DNA of 64,000 bases from a virus, in IMG/VR virus record IMGVR_UViG_3300032797_000632, positions 32,001 through 96,000 of that record; one strand, given 5' to 3'. Positions within the stretch are counted from its first letter, which is position 1, and every line of letters starts with the position of its first letter. The position numbers and the translations under genes were made by a program. This document shows positions 57,949 to 64,000 of this stretch, piece after piece. The notes beneath the pieces were generated by a model, which saw only the letters and a program-made list of their open reading frames with translations, ran no database searches and was not told the DNA's origin.

Positions 57949-58370
57949 AGATCCGAATCTGCGGAGAGGATGGCATCAGGACCGACCTGATCGGCGAGAT
58001 AAGGCCAGACGGGTGCAAGGTCTACTTTGTCGACCATGATGCTGTCCGCCTCCAGATCGTGGAGTTTTCGCTTGGCGGACACCACTATGTCTACCCGGAG
58101 ATCCCCGAGGACGAGATATGGGTCGAGGACACGGGGGACCGGCAGGACAACTCGGACAATGTGACCCACGAGATCGTGGAGCGCATAATGATGAAATATG
58201 TGGACCGGGAGATGTCTTACGATGAGGCCCATGATGTCGCCAGTAGCATAGAGGAGTTGCTCCGCAAGATTGAGCATTTCGGGGAGCCCTTGGCGGAGAA
58301 AGTGTCTTCGATCAGGGAGATGCTGATGGGAGGGGGACCATGCCAGAAGGAATCCAAAAGCCGGTCCTGA
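57945..58370 (+). CDS. hypothetical protein with HExxE motif
   Basis: ATGA overlap; IPEDEIWVE, HEIVER, YDEAH. Confidence 0.6.
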   Translation: MKIRICGEDGIRTDLIGEIRPDGCKVYFVDHDAVRLQIVEFSLGGHHYVYPEIPEDEIWVEDTGDRQDNSDNVTHEIVERIMMKYVDREMSYDEAHDVASSIEELLRKIEHFGEPLAEKVSSIREMLMGGGPCQKESKSRS

Positions 58371-58759
58371 AAAAAAAGCCGTGGTGGCTCAGGTTGCTGA
58401 CCCCGGATGATTTCGCAGTCACGATATACCCGAACATCTACCTGCCGGCGGGGAAGGCCGGACTCGACGAGGTGGCATACGGGCACGAGTTTGTCCATTG
58501 GGCACAGCAGGAGAAGGCCGGGTCGATTGTGTGGTGGATCGTCAAATACCTGATTATGAGGCCGTTCCGCAGGGAGATGGAGTTGGTCGCATTCAGGACC
58601 ACCATCCGGATCCTGGTGGGCAGAAACCAATGGACCCAGATATACCGCACTTGGCTGATCAGGAAGCTTTCGGGCCTGACCTATTTTTACATGATGTCCT
58701 CCAAGGAGGCATCCAAGTGGGTAGATGAGGCGGTCAAGGAGGCAAGGAGGGGGAGATAG
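58340..58759 (+). CDS. HExxH metallopeptidase-like protein
   Basis: AVTIYP, HEFVH..Q, EMELVAF. Confidence 0.65.
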   Translation: MPEGIQKPVLKKKPWWLRLLTPDDFAVTIYPNIYLPAGKAGLDEVAYGHEFVHWAQQEKAGSIVWWIVKYLIMRPFRREMELVAFRTTIRILVGRNQWTQIYRTWLIRKLSGLTYFYMMSSKEASKWVDEAVKEARRGR

Positions 58760-58769
58760 GATTGGGAAT

Positions 58770-59302
58770 ATGGCTCCTAAACCTTTAGGCATTGATTTGA
58801 ATGAAATCATCAAATATTACAATGATGGTTTATCATCCATAGAAATAGGGAGGATGTTTAACTGTAGCGATGCCTACATAAGAAACAAATTGAAAAATGC
58901 GGGGACGGCATTGCGAGGCACGATGGAAAAAAGCATAGCATGGAAACACGGAAAATATTGAGTGCGCATTATCAGGGAATTCCCGTCGAGGCATGGGATG
59001 GATTCAAAGATCCGAGAACAGGAAGGGATTATACAAGTAAAGACTATGCGGAATGGCGGGATAGGATTTACAGAATGGATAAGTACATTTGCCAAATGTG
59101 CTTTAAAAGGGGCGGAAAATTGGCTGCCCACCACATCAGATCTTGGTCGAAATATCCAGAATTAAGGTACAACGAAGACAATGGAATTACCCTTTGCGAT
59201 AAATGCCATAGGGCAATAAGGAGGCGGGAAGAAATATTTGAAACCTATTTTATGGAAAGACGGAAAGGAGGGGGCGATGGTGATCTTGTCGGACGGTCAT
59301 GA
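58770..59302 (+). CDS. HTH + HNH homing endonuclease, split by a frameshift near 58950
   Basis: HTH (SIEIGRMFNCS) in one frame; CQMC..AHHI..NGITLC..CH in the next; AT-rich. Confidence 0.7.
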
Positions 59303-59871
59303 CCGCCTTTTGTTTCGGAGCTAAAAACAAGGTCAAGTACCCTTACCTGAGGGAGCACTCCGAGGTCGCAAGGATCGACAACCTCGTGGCCAACATGCTC
59401 AACACCGGGGGGATCGAGGTCGTGAGAATAAACGCCGACTGGATGCCGGCGGCGGACCTCGCCGGCAGGACCGGGGGGCTGCCAAACAGCCTCCTCTGGA
59501 AGGTGCGGGCCATCAACGCCATCTGCGACAAGGAGAGGGTGGAGGCCGCCTTCGAGATGCACCTGAACGCCATGCCCCAGGCGAACACGGCCAGCGGGCA
59601 CGAGGTGCTCTACACCTCGGACGCCGGGAAGATGCTGGCCGCCGAGCTGGATAAGTTTCTCGACGCCCAATGGCCGAGCAAGGATCGGAACACAAGGGAC
59701 GAGGATGGCCTTTATTTTCTGGACAAGGTTCGGGCACCTGCGGTGATCATCGAGCCGTTCTTTCTGGACAGCGACACGGACACGGACCTTTACCTGGCCC
59801 GCCCCGGGGACCTGGCTCGGGCCCTGGCGGACGGCATTGTGGCCGGGCTTAACAGGCTGGGAAAGCCATAA
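59277..59871 (+). CDS. N-acetylmuramoyl-L-alanine amidase (Amidase_3) endolysin, frameshifted near 59305
   Basis: MVILSDGH in one frame; LRE, EMHLNA, SGHEV, LYFL, PAVIIEPFF in the +1 frame. Confidence 0.8.
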
Positions 59872-59884
59872 ACGGGAGGCGGAT

Positions 59885-60220
59885 ATGCCCGATTTCAAAA
59901 AAGCCCTGAAGGAAGTATGGGATTTCCTAGCTAATTTATTCTGCGAATGGGATAAGGAATACAGCCGATGGTATCCATCGATGGGGAAGATCTCTTTCTG
60001 GATCACATTTTATATTTGCAGTAATTATTACTGGATGAAAGAAAAGGATGTTCCGACCTACCTGCTTTATGTGTTCTGGTCCCTGCTCGGGTACGCCGTT
60101 TTCAAGATGGGCAAGGAAACATTCGAAAGGATAAAGTTGGGCGGGATTTTCGGTGGCGGGAACGGCGGGCAGGGGAATGGACAGCCAGCCCCGGATCCGG
60201 CGAAACCGAGGGAGCAGTAA
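59885..60220 (+). CDS. putative holin
   Basis: Two hydrophobic segments; follows endolysin. Confidence 0.55.
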   Translation: MPDFKKALKEVWDFLANLFCEWDKEYSRWYPSMGKISFWITFYICSNYYWMKEKDVPTYLLYVFWSLLGYAVFKMGKETFERIKLGGIFGGGNGGQGNGQPAPDPAKPREQ

Positions 60221-60224
60221 GGGC

Positions 60225-61031
60225 GTGATTCTGACGATCCTAAAAGTGCTCAACAGGTTCAAGTTCTGGATTCTGCTGGCGGTTTTCGCTGGCACGATAT
60301 TCCTCTACCAGCACCATCACCGCAACGAGGTGATAGGGCTCGAGGGGGTGATCTCGTCCGCCGGGGTCGACATCATGACCTGCAAGGGGAACCTCGCCCT
60401 GTGCGAGACTAACTTCAAGGAGCTAGCCGATAAATGCCGGAAGGCGTGTCCGGCCATGTCGGGCGACATAGACGAGATCCAGAGAAAGTATGCGAAGAGC
60501 AAGGAGGAGCTGATCGCAAAGCAGAAAGAGATAGACAAGCTTCTCGGAGACATCAACGCCATCAAAAAGAAGAAAATCGAGGCCGGGGATGTGATCTGGC
60601 CAGAGAGTGCTACCGATGTCGTGGACCAGCTCAAAAAAGCCCTCGGAAAGCAATGGACGGGGGTGATGGACAAGATCAAAAAGGATAGCGGGATGGGGCC
60701 GATTCAGGAGTTTGCGAAAAGGTGGAACTGGTACCCCAAGCTGAAAATGGGGGTCGGATACGACATGAACCAGGCGCAGGCCCAAGTCGGGGTCAGCCTG
60801 TTTTCCTATGGAAAAATAAAGGCCGTGGACCAGACCTATCTGGACTTCGTCGAGCCCTATGTCGCCGTGGGACTGAACGGTGCCAATGTGGCCATCGGGA
60901 TCGCCCCGGTGAGCCTGAACCTCGGCGGGTTCCTGCCGGTAATTAAGGATCTGGACATCACGGGCGGGGTTCAATTCAATTTGGACGGGATGAAAGTGGT
61001 CCCCATAGTCGGGGTGACATCGACATTTTGA
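60225..61031 (+). CDS. spanin-like protein (TM, coiled coil, beta-strand C-terminus)
   Basis: Architecture and position. Confidence 0.5.
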   Translation: MILTILKVLNRFKFWILLAVFAGTIFLYQHHHRNEVIGLEGVISSAGVDIMTCKGNLALCETNFKELADKCRKACPAMSGDIDEIQRKYAKSKEELIAKQKEIDKLLGDINAIKKKKIEAGDVIWPESATDVVDQLKKALGKQWTGVMDKIKKDSGMGPIQEFAKRWNWYPKLKMGVGYDMNQAQAQVGVSLFSYGKIKAVDQTYLDFVEPYVAVGLNGANVAIGIAPVSLNLGGFLPVIKDLDITGGVQFNLDGMKVVPIVGVTSTF

Positions 61032-61041
61032 GGAAAGCGTA

Positions 61042-61413
61042 ATGCAAATAATTAAAAAGAACGAGAGCACCGCCGATATCCGCAGAGCTTATTTATATTG
61101 CATTGATGGGTCGGGAGTTCCCGTTTCCGGAGAAGATTACGGGCAACCTTATATGTCTGTGAATGGTGGAGACTGGGTAGCCACCACCAATACGTTAATT
61201 GCCATAGTAGATGATGTGGACGTTAATTACGGAGATTATTATGTTGAGCTGACCCAGGAAGAAGTGAACGTAGACGATATGTCGATTATTCTCATTCGAT
61301 ATAAATCAGTAAATACGATAGAGATAAAAGCAAATCCGATCCAGATTCAGGAATATCCGTTGAAAGTTGCATTCAAGTCTTTATTGGATGCTATAGGAAT
61401 AGGAGCATTGTAA
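61042..61413 (+). CDS. hypothetical virion-associated protein
   Basis: RBS; GDYYVELT; AT-rich. Confidence 0.6.
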   Translation: MQIIKKNESTADIRRAYLYCIDGSGVPVSGEDYGQPYMSVNGGDWVATTNTLIAIVDDVDVNYGDYYVELTQEEVNVDDMSIILIRYKSVNTIEIKANPIQIQEYPLKVAFKSLLDAIGIGAL

Positions 61414-62420
61414 TGTATAAACATTGGTGGATAAATGCCAATGCCCCCGACAATAGCGGTTCGGGACAAAATATTTATGAACCGAAAAAAGACTGGCAGG
61501 ACGTTGGCGGATTGCTGTCCGTGATCGATACTGATGAGATTAATGTTATTCATCACGCTATGGGAGACTATATATTGTCGGATGAATTGGATTTGAGTGC
61601 CTACCGGGTGATCCTCCTCGGAGAACATAGCCTTATGCATCTATTGGCTCCTGGGGTTAAATATTGGAGAGGTCTCGGGCAAGGCAGGATTATATCTTTT
61701 GAGTATCCGGCTGAAATCAGTGGAATAAATATTTTAGCGAGTAGTGATTGTGTTGGATTAACCTTGAGAGGACCTGTCCGTTTCCGAAATACATTTATTT
61801 ATGTTAATTCTGAAAGATCAATTGGGATTGATATTGCTGGACCCGCACTCCTTGAAATCGAATCTTTATTGTTGGCTCCGGTTTTAAGCTCGGGCACAGA
61901 TGGAAGTTATCTATTAAGATACTCCGATACAAGTAATTCCATTCAAAAAACTATTAAGAATACGATATTTTTATGGGATTCAGAACATCCTGATTGGCCT
62001 TTCCCTGAGAGCAGAATTTGGCAGGAGGTTGGCGGGTCCGACGGAATGATTTACACACAAAATAATGTTTATGGCGATTTTAAGATATTTCACGGTGTTC
62101 AAAGCGTTTTCCATCTGGACAAAAATACTTACCCAACTCAGGCAACTCACAAAGACCCCTGGCCCGTGATGTGGCCGGATTTAAGCATGATTCCTCCTGC
62201 AGCTCAGAGTTTTGATACAGATAATCAATTTGTAAAATGTACTAGTGTTCCTCCAATAAATCCAAGAAAACTATTTATAGGGGCAATCGATTTCATCTTG
62301 GAGAAATGGTATCAAAAAGGTCATCTGGGTGATCCCGCTTATTTATTAAGGACAAATCAAAATAGCTTTTGGTATGACGATGATCATAATCTTATTAAGA
62401 TTCAGTCAGAGGAACTTTAA
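61413..62420 (+). CDS. possible beta-helix protein
   Basis: AT-rich ORF; pectin-lyase-like N-terminal pattern. Confidence 0.5.
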   Translation: MYKHWWINANAPDNSGSGQNIYEPKKDWQDVGGLLSVIDTDEINVIHHAMGDYILSDELDLSAYRVILLGEHSLMHLLAPGVKYWRGLGQGRIISFEYPAEISGINILASSDCVGLTLRGPVRFRNTFIYVNSERSIGIDIAGPALLEIESLLLAPVLSSGTDGSYLLRYSDTSNSIQKTIKNTIFLWDSEHPDWPFPESRIWQEVGGSDGMIYTQNNVYGDFKIFHGVQSVFHLDKNTYPTQATHKDPWPVMWPDLSMIPPAAQSFDTDNQFVKCTSVPPINPRKLFIGAIDFILEKWYQKGHLGDPAYLLRTNQNSFWYDDDHNLIKIQSEEL

Positions 62421-64000
62421 ATGGATCCGATAGCTGTAGGCGTAGCTTTATCTGCGGTTCAAAAGACTGATCCGGATTGGATTGATCTTACTGACGGTGG
62501 ATATACCGGTTTGCATAAGCATATCGTAGCCAAGAGCGATGTTCGTAACCCCCGGACATTCATCCAGCAGATCGGGCATCCTGGCGGCCCGTGGTCGAGT
62601 GCGAGTCCATTCTTTTGCAATTCGCTTGCCACCTGCCCGTTCAATCCCGACACCTACCCGACGATAGAAGTTTGGGGATATACGTTCCGGTCGAGCGATC
62701 TCGATCAGATCAAGCTGTCTTATTTGGCTGTCGATCATATCGGAACTCTTGCTTCCCCCGGAGATTTCACTTTTACCCCGACGACCCACGATTTCGGAGA
62801 TGGCGACGGACCTGTGCCGGTGACAAGATGGGCAATTACCTTGACTACCGATCCGACGGAAGGATCGGATGATGTCGATGTCGAGGCGAAGTCTCTCGAC
62901 GGGATAACAGAGACCGATTCTCGGGCGGTGGTGGTGGATAATACCCAGCCATTGATATCGGGGGGGTGGGTGGAGGATTCGCCAACCCATCGGGACTATG
63001 CGACACAGGGAAATCTTTACAAGGGAGAATATGTCAAGTGCCAATATGTGGCCTCGGACACCAATTACGATTACACTCGGATTTATTCCGGGGCGATGAC
63101 GACAACCGTGGATTTCAACCGGCCCGAGACCTCCTACATTACTGCTTGGCTTCGATCAAAGAATGTGACCGGGAGCCAAACAATAAATCTTAGGGCGGTG
63201 GATAAGGCGGGCAATTATAATCAGATTTCATTAACGCCCCTCACGGTTCAAAATGGGCCAGCACTCCCCGCCCTTGTGGGTTTCGATTATGTGGATGCGG
63301 GGACACCAATTCCCCCGCAGACCATGTATTACCAGAATCTTGCCGGATCGTCCTATGCCGACAATGTGGCGCGGTTCGCCGCCCAGATCGCCTCTGCCTT
63401 GATCGGGTGTCGAAATTCGGGCAATAGTGATCGAGTCGCCAGATTTCAAAGCGGGACCCTCTCTTTAACCACGATGGTCGCCACCACGGCCGACTGGACA
63501 AACTTTGTGGCCACCGGCGTCCCGATATCGACCCAGGCTTCGAGGAACGATGGCAAGGCGGTGTTTCACATCGAGGATCAGTTCTGGTCGACCCAGGATT
63601 GGAGCACCACGAGAAACGCTTGGTATAACAACCACAAGGCCCTGGATTACAGCTCCGATCCGAATATCGTGACGGCCTACATCGGATTCCCATTTAATAA
63701 GGCGGGATTCGATGCTTTTGCCGACGGGGTTAATGTTGCGAGCCTAGCCGGATGCCGAGTGTTTGACGGAACTATAAACAACCAGGCTTCTACCGGGTCG
63801 GTGGAGGTGACGATTGACATTGGGGAGAACACCCACAAGACTCACCAGATCAGACTTTCCCGCCGGGATACCCAATCGGAGGTAGATTGGGCGGGATGGG
63901 GATCGAAGCTGAAGGCGAAGTGGTGGAACGGTTCGGCCTGGGTATATTGCAATAATGACCAATTGCCGGCCACGCCGTCGTTTGGTTCGGGAAGTCAATT
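62421..64000 (+). CDS. large Ig-like domain virion protein, 3'-truncated (not in ORF track)
   Basis: Open from ATG 62421 to window end; VVVDNTQP and RAVDKAGN motifs. Confidence 0.75.
   Translation, partial: MDPIAVGVALSAVQKTDPDWIDLTDGGYTGLHKHIVAKSDVRNPRTFIQQIGHPGGPWSSASPFFCNSLATCPFNPDTYPTIEVWGYTFRSSDLDQIKLSYLAVDHIGTLASPGDFTFTPTTHDFGDGDGPVPVTRWAITLTTDPTEGSDDVDVEAKSLDGITETDSRAVVVDNTQPLISGGWVEDSPTHRDYATQGNLYKGEYVKCQYVASDTNYDYTRIYSGAMTTTVDFNRPETSYITAWLRSKNVTGSQTINLRAVDKAGNYNQISLTPLTVQNGPALPALVGFDYVDAGTPIPPQTMYYQNLAGSSYADNVARFAAQIASALIGCRNSGNSDRVARFQSGTLSLTTMVATTADWTNFVATGVPISTQASRNDGKAVFHIEDQFWSTQDWSTTRNAWYNNHKALDYSSDPNIVTAYIGFPFNKAGFDAFADGVNVASLAGCRVFDGTINNQASTGSVEVTIDIGENTHKTHQIRLSRRDTQSEVDWAGWGSKLKAKWWNGSAWVYCNNDQLPATPSFGSGSQ

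Noticed and set aside
1-64000. Genome-wide TGA reassignment (code 4 or 25)
   Set aside because: TGA ends many genes with ATGA/GTGA coupling; only two internal TGAs were found.
1-64000. tRNA genes including tRNA-Sec, terminase, integrase
   Set aside because: None recognised by eye; tRNAscan-SE on the gaps would be needed to exclude tRNAs.

Overview
The window is part of a large, GC-rich tailed phage (or prophage) genome with a contractile tail. Almost all genes lie on the + strand. Gene order is: intein-containing portal; about 15 kb of acidic accessory or head-associated genes (including a DNA adenine MTase, an FtsZ homologue, a HAD protein and an ART/Tpt1-like protein); prohead protease, scaffold, decoration protein and major capsid protein; neck; sheath, two tube paralogues, frameshifted tail chaperone and tape measure; baseplate; glycosyltransferases; Cys/Gly-rich tail fibre; lysis genes. 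Three standalone tnpB genes are inserted on the - strand. The main finding is two genes (17678-18436 and 42045-42530) that each contain one in-frame TGA followed directly by a similar bacterial SECIS-like hairpin with a GGUC loop. This suggests phage-encoded selenoproteins in the virion modules. Product calls come from motifs and gene order read by eye; no database searches were run.
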